Below are positions 27,980-39,003 of a DNA stretch of 64,000 bases, piece after piece. The DNA comes from Candidatus Poribacteria bacterium (GTDB lineage: Bacteria > Poribacteria > WGA-4E > WGA-3G): contig CAXXUA010000013.1 of the NCBI GenBank assembly GCA_963663765.2, positions 672,001 to 736,000 on the forward strand. Reading direction: 5' to 3'. Below the pieces are notes generated by a model, which saw nothing but the letters and a program-made list of their open reading frames with translations, made no database searches and was not told where the DNA came from. The first letter of the stretch is position 1; each line of letters starts with the position of its first letter. Position numbers and translations under genes: made by a program.

Positions 27980-28999
27980 ATGGACAAAATTAGAATTGCT
28001 TTTATTGGTTGTGGTGGGATGTCATCGATATTACAACAGTGCATTCCGATGATACCTGAGTTTGAATTTGTTGCTACATGTGATCTTGTTGAAAACAAAG
28101 CGAAGTCAAACGCACGGAGATTTGGTGCACTTCGCCACTATACAGATTATAATGAGATGTTCAAAAATGAAGACCTTTATGCGGTAGCAGTTGTCGGCAG
28201 ACCTGAGGATAAACTACATCGGGATATCGGTATTGCATGTCTTCAACAAGGTTATCATATCTATACTGAAAAACCGCCAGCAACTACATCGGAAGGCGCG
28301 AAAATGCTCGTAGATGCTTCTGTTGAAACCGGAAAGACAGGTATGGTTGGCACGATGTGGCGGCATGCACCCGCGCATCAAATCGCAAAACGTTTAATTG
28401 ACGAAGATGATTTTGGAACTGCATGCCAATACCATACGCGATATCTTGCGCCAGGACCTCGGCTGAATCAAGCAGGTTCACCCTTTGCATGGCCCTTCAT
28501 GCTTGACCAAGTCATTCATCCGACTGACTGTATGCGTTTCTTTATGGGACAGGTCAGTGAAGTTTATGCAAGCGGCACAGTTGATGCACCATCCAGTTGT
28601 GTGTCAATATCCGTAAACTTGCGTTATGAAAATGGTGGTATGGGTACGATGACACTCGGCACAGGTCCCGTTTTAGAAGCTATGGTTTTCATCAAAGGCA
28701 CTAACAATCAGGCTATACAGGTATTTGAGACACGTAAGTTGCGTCGTTACCGTGTCCCAACTTGGCTTGGTCATGGTGGTGGTTATGCCGATACACCAAC
28801 TGAGGAGTGGGATCTAAATACAGCATATCACAGTATTAGCAGACCCGGTTATCTGGAAGAGATGCAGCATTGGGCACACTCCTTACAAGCAGGCACACAA
28901 CCGCATTCAAGCCTTGAAGATGCATATCAGAACATGCGTGTTTTAGAAGCAATTAGCCGTAGTGTTGAAACTGGTGAAGTTGTTAAAATAGCGGTATAG
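27980..28999 (+). CDS. Gfo/Idh/MocA oxidoreductase, copy 1
   Basis: IAFIGCG, YTEKP, DQVIH; GGAG RBS. Confidence 0.9.
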   Translation: MDKIRIAFIGCGGMSSILQQCIPMIPEFEFVATCDLVENKAKSNARRFGALRHYTDYNEMFKNEDLYAVAVVGRPEDKLHRDIGIACLQQGYHIYTEKPPATTSEGAKMLVDASVETGKTGMVGTMWRHAPAHQIAKRLIDEDDFGTACQYHTRYLAPGPRLNQAGSPFAWPFMLDQVIHPTDCMRFFMGQVSEVYASGTVDAPSSCVSISVNLRYENGGMGTMTLGTGPVLEAMVFIKGTNNQAIQVFETRKLRRYRVPTWLGHGGGYADTPTEEWDLNTAYHSISRPGYLEEMQHWAHSLQAGTQPHSSLEDAYQNMRVLEAISRSVETGEVVKIAV

Positions 29000-29256
29000 T
29001 TTTTTTTACGAAAATTGACTGAGTGTGTAATGTTTTGGCATCGTGTTGTCGTAATTGGTAGGTTTGTCAGAATCGCGGTTTACGCAGATTCGCGGATGGG
29101 ACTTTGTAGGGTGTGTATTCCATTCAGAAAAGAAGGCACAACTCAGGAATTGGGAATAATGCACTAAACTCAATAATCAGCGCAATCTGAGTAATTCTTG
29201 ATTCTGATAGGAAAAATGTCCCTTGAAATTACTAAAAAATGATTGGAGTTTTATCT

Positions 29257-30273
29257 ATGAAAAAAATAAGAGTTGCTTTTATCGGTTGTGGTCGAATGTC
29301 ATCACGCTTGCAGCAGTGCATTCCGATGATACCTGAGTTTGAATTTGTTGCTACATGCGATCTTGTTGAAAACAAAGCGAGGTCAAACGCACGTAAGTTT
29401 GGTGCACTACGTCACTATACAGATTATAATGAGATGTTTAAGAATGAAGATTTAAATGCTGTTGCCGTGGTAGGTAGACCTGATCCCATGCATCGCGACA
29501 TCGGTATTGAGTGTATGAAAAATGGCTATAACATCTATACCGAGAAACCACCCGCGTCAACCGTTGCAGGAGCAAAGATGCTGGTTGATACGTCTGTGGA
29601 AACTGGTAAAACAGGTATGGTAGGCACAATGTGGCGGCATGCCCCTGCGCATCAGATCGCAAAACGTTTGATTGACGAAGATGATTTTGGAGCTGCTTGT
29701 CAATACCATACACGGTATCTTGCGCCGGGACCTCGGCTTAAGCAAGCAGGTTCACCTTTTGCATGGCCCTTCATGCTGGATCAAGTCATACATCCAACTG
29801 ATGGCATGCGATTCTTTATGGGACAGGTCAGTGAAGTCTATGCAGTTGGTACAATTGATGCACCAACCAGTAATGTGTCAATATCTGTAAACCTAAAATA
29901 TGAAAATGGTGGAATTGGCACAATGACACTCGGCACCGGTCCCGTCTTAGAATCTATGGTGTTTATCAAAGGCACTAACAATCAAGCAATTCAAGTGTTT
30001 GAAACAATGAAGCTAAAACGGTATCGCGTCCCAACTTGGCTCGGAACTGGGGGTGGTTATATAGATACACCGACAGAAGAGTGGAGTATAAATTCCGCGT
30101 TCCACGGTATTAACAGACCCGGTTATCTGGAAGAGCTGCAGCATTGGGCACACTCCTTACAAGCAGGCACACAACCGCATTCAAGCCTTGAAGATGCATA
30201 TCAGAACATGCGTGTTTTAGAGGCGATAAGTCGTAGTGTTGAAACTGGTGAAGTTGTTAAAATAGCGGTATAG
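29257..30273 (+). CDS. Gfo/Idh/MocA oxidoreductase, copy 2 (tandem paralog)
   Basis: Same motifs; C-terminal region essentially identical to copy 1. Confidence 0.9.
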   Translation: MKKIRVAFIGCGRMSSRLQQCIPMIPEFEFVATCDLVENKARSNARKFGALRHYTDYNEMFKNEDLNAVAVVGRPDPMHRDIGIECMKNGYNIYTEKPPASTVAGAKMLVDTSVETGKTGMVGTMWRHAPAHQIAKRLIDEDDFGAACQYHTRYLAPGPRLKQAGSPFAWPFMLDQVIHPTDGMRFFMGQVSEVYAVGTIDAPTSNVSISVNLKYENGGIGTMTLGTGPVLESMVFIKGTNNQAIQVFETMKLKRYRVPTWLGTGGGYIDTPTEEWSINSAFHGINRPGYLEELQHWAHSLQAGTQPHSSLEDAYQNMRVLEAISRSVETGEVVKIAV

Positions 30274-30295
30274 TTTTTTTGTATGAGAATTGACT

Positions 30296-30630
30296 GAGTG
30301 TGTAATGTTTTCGGCATGGTGTTGTCAGACTTGCAGGGTTTGTCAGAATCGCGGATCACGCGAATTTCGCAGAATTCGCGAATTTTGCGGATGGGAGTTT
30401 TGTGCATTATTATCCAATCCTGAGTTGTAACTTCTTCTATGAATGGAACACAAACCAACAAACTCCGATCCGTGAAATCAGTGTATTCTGGGGAATGTCA
30501 AAGGCATTCATACCCGGGGAATGCCTAAAGAAGCATGCGCGTGTGGCATGCTCCATGATTCATACCGTTGATTTCTTGATTTCTTGATTTGAAAATTTTG
30601 GTTCAGACAAATGACAATTACATTACACTT
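30296..30630. repeat. Composite repeat (TGTCAGAATCGCGGA family with nested hairpin units)
   Basis: Related starts at ~29020 and ~57368; contains GGGGAATG..GCATTCATACC units. Confidence 0.6.
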
Positions 30631-30684
30631 TCCTCAACGTATGCAAAACTTTTTGCATACCCCTTCAACACAAGTATATTTAGT

Positions 30685-30840
30685 ATTATAGTGAAATCTA
30701 AAAATATGTCCACGCTCCTTGGTAGGTTCGGTTTCTAACCAATACAGAATACCATACGCGTATTTTGCACGATTTACACTGGTTCGGTTAGGAAGTCGAA
30801 CCTACCGTCGCGTCCAAATAATTATGGATTTTACTATAAT
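30685..30840. mobile_element. MITE containing an inverted REP pair
   Basis: ATTATAGTGAAATCTAAAAAT / ATTATGGATTTTACTATAAT imperfect TIRs; GGTAGGTTCG...CGAACCTACC inside. Confidence 0.7.
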
Positions 30841-31017
30841 CATTTTTCACATTTTTGTGAGAAAATCGCGACCAGGAAATCAGCGGTATGAATGCCTTTT
30901 GGCATTCCCCAGGGCGCTATTATTGCGGATCATCTACCTTCACCAAACTTTCCTTGCAATCTCACTATAAATATGGTATCCTATTCTTTAAAGTAATATA
31001 CATACGGGGAAAAAGCA

Positions 31018-31824
31018 ATGAAATTGGGTTTATGCAGTATCGCTTTTCAGGATAAACCGTTAGACGAAGTAATCAATATCGCTTCTGATTACGGATTTGA
31101 CGGTATTGAAATTTGGGGTAAATCTCCGCACATGCCAGAAGAATACGATGAAACTCATGTAAAGAGCATTAAGGAGTTGACACAACAAAAGGGTTTAGAA
31201 ATTTCTGCTTATGGTTCCTATGTCAATCCACTGATGGAACTCCATCAAAAGCATTTTGAGGAAGCGTTTAAAATCGCCCAAGAACTTGGAACAAAGCTCG
31301 TAAGAATCTGGACCGGCGGCGGTCCTTCAAATTCTATTACTCCTTATGATAAACAGATGATACTATTCCGATTGGTCAGTTTGTCACAATGGGCAAATTT
31401 CAGAAGCCTAACAATGGGTATGGAGATGCACAACAATCAACTCACTGATACCGCTGATAGCATTTTAGATATAATTGAGAGGACCAATATATCTTCCCTG
31501 AAAACCTACTATCAACCACTTTCCCAACTCAGTGCTGAAGAAAACCAAACCGCTGCGCAAAAAATTGCACCTCACATTGTGAACGTCCATGCGCAGAACT
31601 TTGATGAACAGGGAAAGGCGTGTGCAATCTCCGATGGCGTTATTGATTATAGCAAAATCGTTGAGACCCTTAACGATGCTGATTATGATGGGTACATTCA
31701 GGTAGAATTTGTTCGTGGTGACAATAAACTGGAAGCACTACAGCGGGATAGAGACTACCTTGCAAGTTTGACTAATCCTTTAGTTGAAAGTTCGCTTAAA
31801 GATTTGGAAACCGAACCTGTATAA
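31018..31824 (+). CDS. Sugar phosphate isomerase/epimerase (AP endonuclease 2 TIM barrel)
   Basis: GFDGIEIWG, MEMH, VNVH, YDGYIQVEF. Confidence 0.85.
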   Translation: MKLGLCSIAFQDKPLDEVINIASDYGFDGIEIWGKSPHMPEEYDETHVKSIKELTQQKGLEISAYGSYVNPLMELHQKHFEEAFKIAQELGTKLVRIWTGGGPSNSITPYDKQMILFRLVSLSQWANFRSLTMGMEMHNNQLTDTADSILDIIERTNISSLKTYYQPLSQLSAEENQTAAQKIAPHIVNVHAQNFDEQGKACAISDGVIDYSKIVETLNDADYDGYIQVEFVRGDNKLEALQRDRDYLASLTNPLVESSLKDLETEPV

Positions 31825-31844
31825 ACAAACTCGGTTCTGTTTAG

Positions 31845-32447
31845 ATGCGATTAGAAGTCGGTATTATCGCGCTGGTCGAAGAGGTATTAGAAACACCTGC
31901 AGAAAGACGCGCACAATTTGAATGGCTCTGCAACAAACCGTCACGTGAGGATTTCGGAAGTTCTTATGACTTGCTCATGCAACTCTATGATGAACTCAAT
32001 GGAGATTGGGAAGGAACAACAGCAAAATCTAATGGGTATTTAACACCAGATGCTTATTTCCCAGAACCGTATCACTTTATATTTGAATTTGATGAGCTGC
32101 AACACTTCACCCAATTTCGTGAATTAACATTTAGATATTACCCCAAGGATGTACATCTTTCCTACACAAAAGAAAAATACATACAGTTTTGTAAGAAATA
32201 TCATACAGCAGCACTTGCGAAGGGACCTGACAGATTTAGACGACACACAGCAGATTTTCCCTATGTGAACGGACGGGCAGCACAACGCGCATTCTTTGAC
32301 ACATTCCGAGATTGGTTGCCAACAAAACACGGACTCAATCCTACGCTGAGAATTGCTGAATTTGAGGTCACACCTATTCTCACTGGTGAATTGACTGGAG
32401 ACGCTGCAAAAACCTACATGGCACGTTTGCTAAACGAAAAATTGTGA
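31845..32447 (+). CDS. Hypothetical protein, possible PD-(D/E)xK-like nuclease fold
   Basis: PDAY...FEFDELQHF; QRAFFD. Confidence 0.5.
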   Translation: MRLEVGIIALVEEVLETPAERRAQFEWLCNKPSREDFGSSYDLLMQLYDELNGDWEGTTAKSNGYLTPDAYFPEPYHFIFEFDELQHFTQFRELTFRYYPKDVHLSYTKEKYIQFCKKYHTAALAKGPDRFRRHTADFPYVNGRAAQRAFFDTFRDWLPTKHGLNPTLRIAEFEVTPILTGELTGDAAKTYMARLLNEKL

Positions 32448-32495
32448 CTTCAATAAAGTAGACACATAAAGGAAAGGTAGGATATATAACATTCC

Positions 32496-33425
32496 ATGGG
32501 CAACCGAACCGATACTAAAGTGAACCTATCAGAGCATCCGCTACTGCAAATCATTGGAAACACCCCCCTTGCTAAAATTAATCTTTTTGCTAATGAATTA
32601 CCAGACGTAGAGATCTATGCAAAAGTAGAGACCTTTAATCCAGGTGGTTCTATTAAAGACCGTCCCGTATTGCGCATGATTACTGAGGCAATCGCATCAG
32701 GAGAACTCACACGCGAGAAGGTTATATTAGATTCCAGTTCAGGCAATGCAGGAATAGCTTATGCGATGATTGGTGCAATACTCGGTTATAAGGTTGAGCT
32801 TGTTATACCCGACAACGCCAGCGAAGAACGAAAGAAACGTATCCATTCACACGGTGCAAAGATTATCTACACTGACGCAATCCTTGGTTATGATGAGGCT
32901 TTGCGCGAGGTAGACCGTAGATATAAAACATATCCAGATAGATACTTTTTCAATTCCCAATACGACAACGAAAATAATTGGCGTGCACATTACGATACAA
33001 CAGGTGTAGAAATCCTAAAGCAGACACAAGGTAAACTGACACACTTTGTCGCTGGCGTTGGAACGGGCGGTACAATCACCGGTGTAGGAAGAAGACTTAA
33101 GAATTATAACTCTGATATACAGATTTGTTCTATTGAACCCGATGAGTTCCCTGGTATAGAAGGCTTAAAACATCTTGGACATCCGGACGACATCGTGCCA
33201 GAAATCCTTGATCAATCTGTAATAGATCAACGCATATCTGTTACAATTGAAAATGCACACGAAATGTGTATTCGTCTTGCGCGGCAAGGATGGTTTGTTG
33301 GACAATCTTCTGGTGGATACCTTTACGGTGCTTACAAACTTGCACAACAGATACAGAAAGGTGTTATCGTTACAGTGTTTAATGACATCGGTGAAAGATA
33401 CTTCAGTACGAAGTTGTGGGATTAA
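32496..33425 (+). CDS. cysM: Cysteine synthase (PLP-dependent)
   Basis: IGNTPL, NPGGSIKDR, SSGNAG, GVGTGGT, IEG. Confidence 0.85.
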   Translation: MGNRTDTKVNLSEHPLLQIIGNTPLAKINLFANELPDVEIYAKVETFNPGGSIKDRPVLRMITEAIASGELTREKVILDSSSGNAGIAYAMIGAILGYKVELVIPDNASEERKKRIHSHGAKIIYTDAILGYDEALREVDRRYKTYPDRYFFNSQYDNENNWRAHYDTTGVEILKQTQGKLTHFVAGVGTGGTITGVGRRLKNYNSDIQICSIEPDEFPGIEGLKHLGHPDDIVPEILDQSVIDQRISVTIENAHEMCIRLARQGWFVGQSSGGYLYGAYKLAQQIQKGVIVTVFNDIGERYFSTKLWD

Positions 33426-33468
33426 ATCATTTGGAGATTTATAGTTGTAATCACAAAAGAGGAGTTAT

Positions 33469-34731
33469 ATGGAGACAACAGTTATTCCATTTCGCGGTTT
33501 ACGCTACAATACTGATAAAATCAACAATATAGCCGATGTAATTGCCCCTCCCTACGATGTTATCAAACCTGAAGAACGCATAGATTTAGAAGCACGGCAT
33601 AAAGCCAATATCATTCACCTTATATTGAACCAACCACAAGAGGATGACACTGAAAGGAACAATCAATATACCCGTGCTGCCACTCTCTTCAACCAATGGA
33701 TTTCTGATTCTACTCTCATTCAAGACCCGACTCCACACTACTATGTATATGACCAATCATTTCATGCACCAGATGGAAAAGACTATACCCGCCGCGCTTT
33801 GATTGCACTTATCAAGTTGGAACCATTTGAAAACAATGTTATCTTACCCCACGAAAAAACACACACTGGACCGAAGGTTGACCGCCTCAATCTTATGCGC
33901 ACATGTCATGCAAACCTTAGTCCGATTTTTCTTCTATATCAAGATCCAAATGGAGATATTGAGCAAATCATCCAAGGTTCTACCATTGTAAACCGCCCCT
34001 TGATAGATTGTCCAGAAACTTTTGGGAGCACACACCAATTGTGGTCTTTAGACGATGCAGAATCTAATCATGAAATTCAGAAACTTTTTTCATCAAAACC
34101 GCTTCTTATTGCTGATGGACATCATAGGTATGAAACTGCTTTGGCATTTAGAGATGAAATGTCTCGGCAAATAGGAATAGACACATTACCCGGTTACGAC
34201 TATATGATGGTAAACCTTGTGCGGATGGAATCACCCGGCTTAGCGGTCTTAGCAATTCATCGTTTACTAAGTAATCTCACTACGGATCAGATAGAATCTG
34301 CAATAGCAGGATTACCTGAGCTATTTGAAGTACACGAAATCAACTCTCTGTCGAACCTTATGGAAAAATTGGGTGCGATGAAAGGGAATTCTCCTGCTGT
34401 TGGAATGTCCACGTCTGACAACAAATATCGTTTGTTGATTCCTCATACACAATCTGTTGGACAATTAGATGTTACGCTTGTTCAGGATACAATAATCAAT
34501 AAGTTATTTAAGGTTGAAACATTAGCAGACCATATCAGTTATACCGCTTATGCTGATGAGGCAGTCGCTCATGTGAATGCGGGTTCTGACCGTGTAGCAT
34601 TGTTGATGAATCCAACACCTGTTGAGCAGGTTTTGGATGTTACAATGGCGGGTTCCGTAATGCCGCAGAAATCAACATATTTCTATCCAAAAATGGCAAC
34701 GGGTTTTGTGATAAATTTGCTGAACAGATAG
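33469..34731 (+). CDS. DUF1015 family protein
   Basis: PFRGLRY, APPYDVI, PHEKT, IADGHHRYE, MPQKSTYFYPK. Confidence 0.9.
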   Translation: METTVIPFRGLRYNTDKINNIADVIAPPYDVIKPEERIDLEARHKANIIHLILNQPQEDDTERNNQYTRAATLFNQWISDSTLIQDPTPHYYVYDQSFHAPDGKDYTRRALIALIKLEPFENNVILPHEKTHTGPKVDRLNLMRTCHANLSPIFLLYQDPNGDIEQIIQGSTIVNRPLIDCPETFGSTHQLWSLDDAESNHEIQKLFSSKPLLIADGHHRYETALAFRDEMSRQIGIDTLPGYDYMMVNLVRMESPGLAVLAIHRLLSNLTTDQIESAIAGLPELFEVHEINSLSNLMEKLGAMKGNSPAVGMSTSDNKYRLLIPHTQSVGQLDVTLVQDTIINKLFKVETLADHISYTAYADEAVAHVNAGSDRVALLMNPTPVEQVLDVTMAGSVMPQKSTYFYPKMATGFVINLLNR

Positions 34732-34824
34732 AATCTTGGTATAGTTCATTGTATAGACAACTATAAGTTAAATATGCTACAATATGGGAAATAGATAAAA
34801 TACGTTTTGTAAAAGGAGTATTAT

Positions 34825-35619
34825 GTGGCAATAGAACTGTTTTCAATCGGAACTGAGTTAGTTCTTGGACAAATACAGGACACAAACGCACACTGGATCG
34901 CACAACAGATACTCCAACTTGGTGGTGAATTACGAAGGGTGACTATGCTCCGTGATGATTTTGATGAGATGACTGAAGTTTTGGATTCAGCGATTCAACG
35001 CGAAACATCACTTATTCTCACAACAGGCGGCCTCGGACCGACTCCAGATGATATGACTGTCTCAGTAGTTGCGTCACTTATCGGTAGAAAACCTGTCGTG
35101 AGTGAAGAAACTCTCGCAGAATTTCGGAAACGGCGTGAGATGTCAGAAAACGACCCGCTTAACGATGCTTTGATTAAAATGGCAACAGTACCAGATACGG
35201 CAGAAGTGCTTCAGAATCCTGCGGGGTGGGCACCTTGCATCAGTGTTCAACATAAACAGTCTACGATAATGATGATGCCCGGACCGCCCCGAGAAATGAA
35301 GGCAATTTTTGAAGCACATATTCAACCACTTATCATAGAACGTTACCGTGCAGAAATTAGCACAGCACGCGTTTTTGTAAGTATGTTTGAAGCAGAAGTT
35401 TCACCGCTCATGCAAAAGGTCATGCAACGACATCCAGAAGTATATCTGAAAGCTTATGTATCATTACGTAGTGCCGAGAACAATACAATGCCCATTGACT
35501 TAGTCTCTACAAGTAGTGAGAAAGTGGAATCTGAGAAGAATCTCCAACTCGCTACTAATTATTTTAAAGAACTTGTTCAGAATGCAGGTAAATCTTTCAG
35601 CTATGAAGATCAATCATAG
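34825..35619 (+). CDS. CinA N-terminal-like molybdopterin-binding family protein
   Basis: IGTELVLGQIQDTNA, TTGGLGPTPDD, PGPPREM; no PncC domain. Confidence 0.85.
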   Translation: MAIELFSIGTELVLGQIQDTNAHWIAQQILQLGGELRRVTMLRDDFDEMTEVLDSAIQRETSLILTTGGLGPTPDDMTVSVVASLIGRKPVVSEETLAEFRKRREMSENDPLNDALIKMATVPDTAEVLQNPAGWAPCISVQHKQSTIMMMPGPPREMKAIFEAHIQPLIIERYRAEISTARVFVSMFEAEVSPLMQKVMQRHPEVYLKAYVSLRSAENNTMPIDLVSTSSEKVESEKNLQLATNYFKELVQNAGKSFSYEDQS

Positions 35620-35715
35620 TCTGTAGACGTATACTGTTGTCGTGCTTGGATAGTGCGACTTCATGTTGATGTTAACACATCAAGAAACTATTTTATAGAT
35701 AAGGAGAACAATATT

Positions 35716-36078
35716 TTGAATCGTAAACCTTCAGGAAATAGACGAAAATCTCAGCCAAGAACTTCAAATAAGCGAACGTCAAAACGCAACCGACAACCAG
35801 TTATTCCTCAAGAGGAAGTTAACAGTGAAGAGGTAGATACAGACGGTATTGATAAGAAACCTTCCAAGAAAGATAAAATTGAAGTAGAAGGTGTTGTTGT
35901 TGAACCTTTGCCAAATGCGATGTTCCGTGTTGAGTTAGAAAACAAGCACAGAATTCTTGCACATATCTCTGGTAGGATGCGAAAATTCTTTATCAAAATT
36001 CTACCCGGTGATAAGGTAACCGTTGAATTGTCACCTTATGATCTGACGCGGGGTCGTATTACGTATCGGAAAAAATAA
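35716..36078 (+). CDS. infA: Translation initiation factor IF-1 with N-terminal extension
   Basis: [49 protein letters not shown]; TTG start after AAGGAG. Confidence 0.92.
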   Translation: MNRKPSGNRRKSQPRTSNKRTSKRNRQPVIPQEEVNSEEVDTDGIDKKPSKKDKIEVEGVVVEPLPNAMFRVELENKHRILAHISGRMRKFFIKILPGDKVTVELSPYDLTRGRITYRKK

Positions 36079-36202
36079 ATTTGTCAATGTTGTTTTAGTC
36101 CTATAAACTTATTCAGCTTTATCAGTATACACAATAGCGTATGACTGATAAGAACAGATGTACATTCAACACATGAGGCTTCTGTATCTGTAGGAAAACG
36201 CC

Positions 36203-37027
36203 ATGAATCCTGCCACCTTAGTTTATATCAATAACCGTGATGAAAATGAGATCAACAGATTACGCAAGATAATTGAGGAAAAACGGGAACAGATTGAAGA
36301 ACTTACGGTAACTGTAGATAACCTTAAGGCTGAAGTTGACCTGTTTCAACATCGGTATAATGCTCATGTAGGTCGTCATTATCTTGAACTTGAAAAGGTT
36401 GATCTTGAAACAAAGGAATATCGTCTTCGTCTACAATTAAAAAGAGAAAACCTAAGTGAAGAAGAAATAGAAGAACGCGTAGAATCCTGTTTCCGAGAAA
36501 GTCGCTCGCGAATCAATGCAGCTGAAGCAGGAGATGAGTCCGAACAAGAATCTGAATCAAATAAACTTCCTGACGAAGAAGCCAAATACTTCCAAACGCT
36601 TTACAGAAGATTGGCAAAGCGGTTCCATCCGGATAAAGCTGAAAATTCAAAAGAGAAAAAAAGACGTAAGAAACTTATGCCACTGATCAACCGAGCATAT
36701 GATGAACAGGATGTAAAAGTTCTGGAACGACTCAGCATTGGTGATTTTGAATTGACTTTGCAGTTTGAATCCTCTGCAGTAGAAAAACGAGAAAAGCTGC
36801 AATCTGAATTGCGTAATCTCTACCGTGTGTCAAGTGAATTACGTTCAGAGATAAACAGAATGAAGGCAGGACGTACCTACCAGTTAAAGCAAGAAGTAGA
36901 GAAGGCAGATAAGAACGGGCAAGACATGCTCTCCTCGCTTGCTACCGACTTGATACGTAGAGTCAAATCAGGTCGCTCACAATTAACACGTTTGGTCAAT
37001 ATGTGGCGTCAATCAAAGCGTACTTAG
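36203..37027 (+). CDS. Coiled-coil protein with internal J-domain
   Basis: LYRRLAKRFHPD..INRAY flanked by coiled coils. Confidence 0.8.
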   Translation: MNPATLVYINNRDENEINRLRKIIEEKREQIEELTVTVDNLKAEVDLFQHRYNAHVGRHYLELEKVDLETKEYRLRLQLKRENLSEEEIEERVESCFRESRSRINAAEAGDESEQESESNKLPDEEAKYFQTLYRRLAKRFHPDKAENSKEKKRRKKLMPLINRAYDEQDVKVLERLSIGDFELTLQFESSAVEKREKLQSELRNLYRVSSELRSEINRMKAGRTYQLKQEVEKADKNGQDMLSSLATDLIRRVKSGRSQLTRLVNMWRQSKRT

Positions 37028-37072
37028 AACATTTACCTATTACAATCAACATGAAATACGAAGGAATTAACC

Positions 37073-37807
37073 ATGCAACTGACTAACAAGGTAGCCATAG
37101 TCACAGGTGCTGGTCGTGGTATCGGTAGAGCGATTGCAATTGCGTATGCTGCAGAAGGTGCAAATGTTGTGATTACATCACGCAACCGTAATCAACTTGA
37201 TGAGGTGGCAGAAGTCATTACATCAAATGCTGGAAATGTTCTCAATGTACCTACTGATTTGCGAAACCGAAATGAAGTGGAAAGCCTTATCCAAAAGACT
37301 GTGGCAAACTACCGACAAATAGACATTCTTGTCAACAATGCTGGTATCAATCCAAGAGGATTGTTCTTAGACACAACTAACGAGGACTGGGATGATGTAT
37401 GGCAGATTAACGTCATGGCTGTTGTCCACTGTTGCCGTGCGGTGTTACCCATAATGCAGAAACAGGGATCGGGGAATATCATCAACATCGGTTCAGGATT
37501 AGGACAGGTTGGACATGCAAATCTTAGCGCATATAGTGCATCAAAGGCTGCATTGCACGGTTTAACACAAGCCATCGCTGAGGAGGTGTGGCAGGACGGT
37601 ATCATCGCCAATGTGCTCATACCAGGTCCTGTAAAAACACAACTCTCAAAACCCGCATGGGAGAGTAAGGATACCTTTAGAGGAGATAGCGATCCTTGGA
37701 AAGAACCGGAGCTGGTTGTTCCGTCTGCACTATTCCTTGCAACTCAACCCACCGACAGCGGCATGACAGGTCAAATCCTGAGTATCATGCGCAGGAATAG
37801 TCCTTAA
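37073..37807 (+). CDS. Short-chain dehydrogenase/reductase
   Basis: TGAGRGIG, NNAG, YSASK. Confidence 0.92.
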   Translation: MQLTNKVAIVTGAGRGIGRAIAIAYAAEGANVVITSRNRNQLDEVAEVITSNAGNVLNVPTDLRNRNEVESLIQKTVANYRQIDILVNNAGINPRGLFLDTTNEDWDDVWQINVMAVVHCCRAVLPIMQKQGSGNIINIGSGLGQVGHANLSAYSASKAALHGLTQAIAEEVWQDGIIANVLIPGPVKTQLSKPAWESKDTFRGDSDPWKEPELVVPSALFLATQPTDSGMTGQILSIMRRNSP

Positions 37808-37822
37808 GTTATAGGATTGTCC

Positions 37823-38875
37823 CTATAGCGGAAACTCAACCCGTTTTCCTTCTTGTGCTGAGCGATACGCCCCTAACACCATCTCTACCGAAACTCTACC
37901 GTCTTCCACCGTCACATCTGATTCGGTATCATTCTTCAAACAATCAATAAACGGACGTGGAACAGCTGCTATACGTTCTCCGTGGTTGTTTGGAATTGCT
38001 ATCCCAAGGTCTTTCCATATCGGTTCATCACGCGTATATAGTCTCAACGCGACTGCGTCTTCTGGACGGGGCATGTTACACGAAGGACCATCTCCATAGT
38101 TCTGAATGACCACGCCTTTATCGCCATATATTTCAGTGGTATTTTCACCTACAAGAGTCACAGAGTTATTTATCAGAATAGCCATCGTTCCACCCTCAAA
38201 TCGATAGAGTGCTACACCGCTGTCATCTGGAGCAACGTCTGTGAGTACATTATCTATCTCTGCCATAACGGTGGTCGGTTTTCCGAGCATCCAATGGATA
38301 AAATCGGTTGCATGGGAGGCATCGTCCATAAACATGCCCATGTTCTTTACTGGGTCAATATGCCACTTACTCGGTCCTGTGACAAATGCTTCGTTAAAGA
38401 GAACGTTGATGCAGTGCCTGCGGCGCAACAGTCCGATCTTGCCTAACTTTCCACTTTCAATAAGTTGCTTCATTGCGATATTCGCCGGATCACGTCGCAT
38501 CTGATGTGCCATCATGAATTTTACACCTGATTTTTGTACTGCCTTCGCAATTATATCGCAATCTTCCAAGGTAAGTGCCATTGGTTTCTGGCAAAGAATA
38601 TGTTTGCCCTCTGACGCTGCTGCCATTACCATCTCAGCGTGTCGATTTGTTTCACATGTGACAATCACACCGTCTATTTCTGGATGTTGAACGACATTCT
38701 CAAGATGTGGCGTGAATTTCATTCCGTATTGTGTAGCGGCGTTGTTCCCACGTTCAACGTTGTCATCCCAACAAGCTATGAGTCGGACATCGTCAAACGT
38801 TTTCATCATGTTGCAGTATGCGTTAGCATGGCCATGTGCAAAACTAATGATACCTATGCCAATTTTAGTATTCAT
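37823..38875 (-). CDS. Gfo/Idh/MocA oxidoreductase
   Basis: GKHILCQKP, MDDASH. Confidence 0.85.
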   Translation of the reverse strand: MNTKIGIGIISFAHGHANAYCNMMKTFDDVRLIACWDDNVERGNNAATQYGMKFTPHLENVVQHPEIDGVIVTCETNRHAEMVMAAASEGKHILCQKPMALTLEDCDIIAKAVQKSGVKFMMAHQMRRDPANIAMKQLIESGKLGKIGLLRRRHCINVLFNEAFVTGPSKWHIDPVKNMGMFMDDASHATDFIHWMLGKPTTVMAEIDNVLTDVAPDDSGVALYRFEGGTMAILINNSVTLVGENTTEIYGDKGVVIQNYGDGPSCNMPRPEDAVALRLYTRDEPIWKDLGIAIPNNHGERIAAVPRPFIDCLKNDTESDVTVEDGRVSVEMVLGAYRSAQEGKRVEFPL

Positions 38876-38946
38876 ACCGGGTTACCCGTAGAGATGTAAT
38901 TGATTGATCGTTATCAATCATTGATTGAGTCGTATAGGAGAGTTTT

Positions 38947-38989
38947 GTGTTGTAGGACATATATATTGAAGTTTCATATCCTACAACAC
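38947..38989. repeat. Inverted repeat downstream of pckG
   Basis: GTGTTGTAGGA...TCCTACAACAC. Confidence 0.55.
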
Positions 38990-39003
38990 TATTGATGAAT
39001 TAA

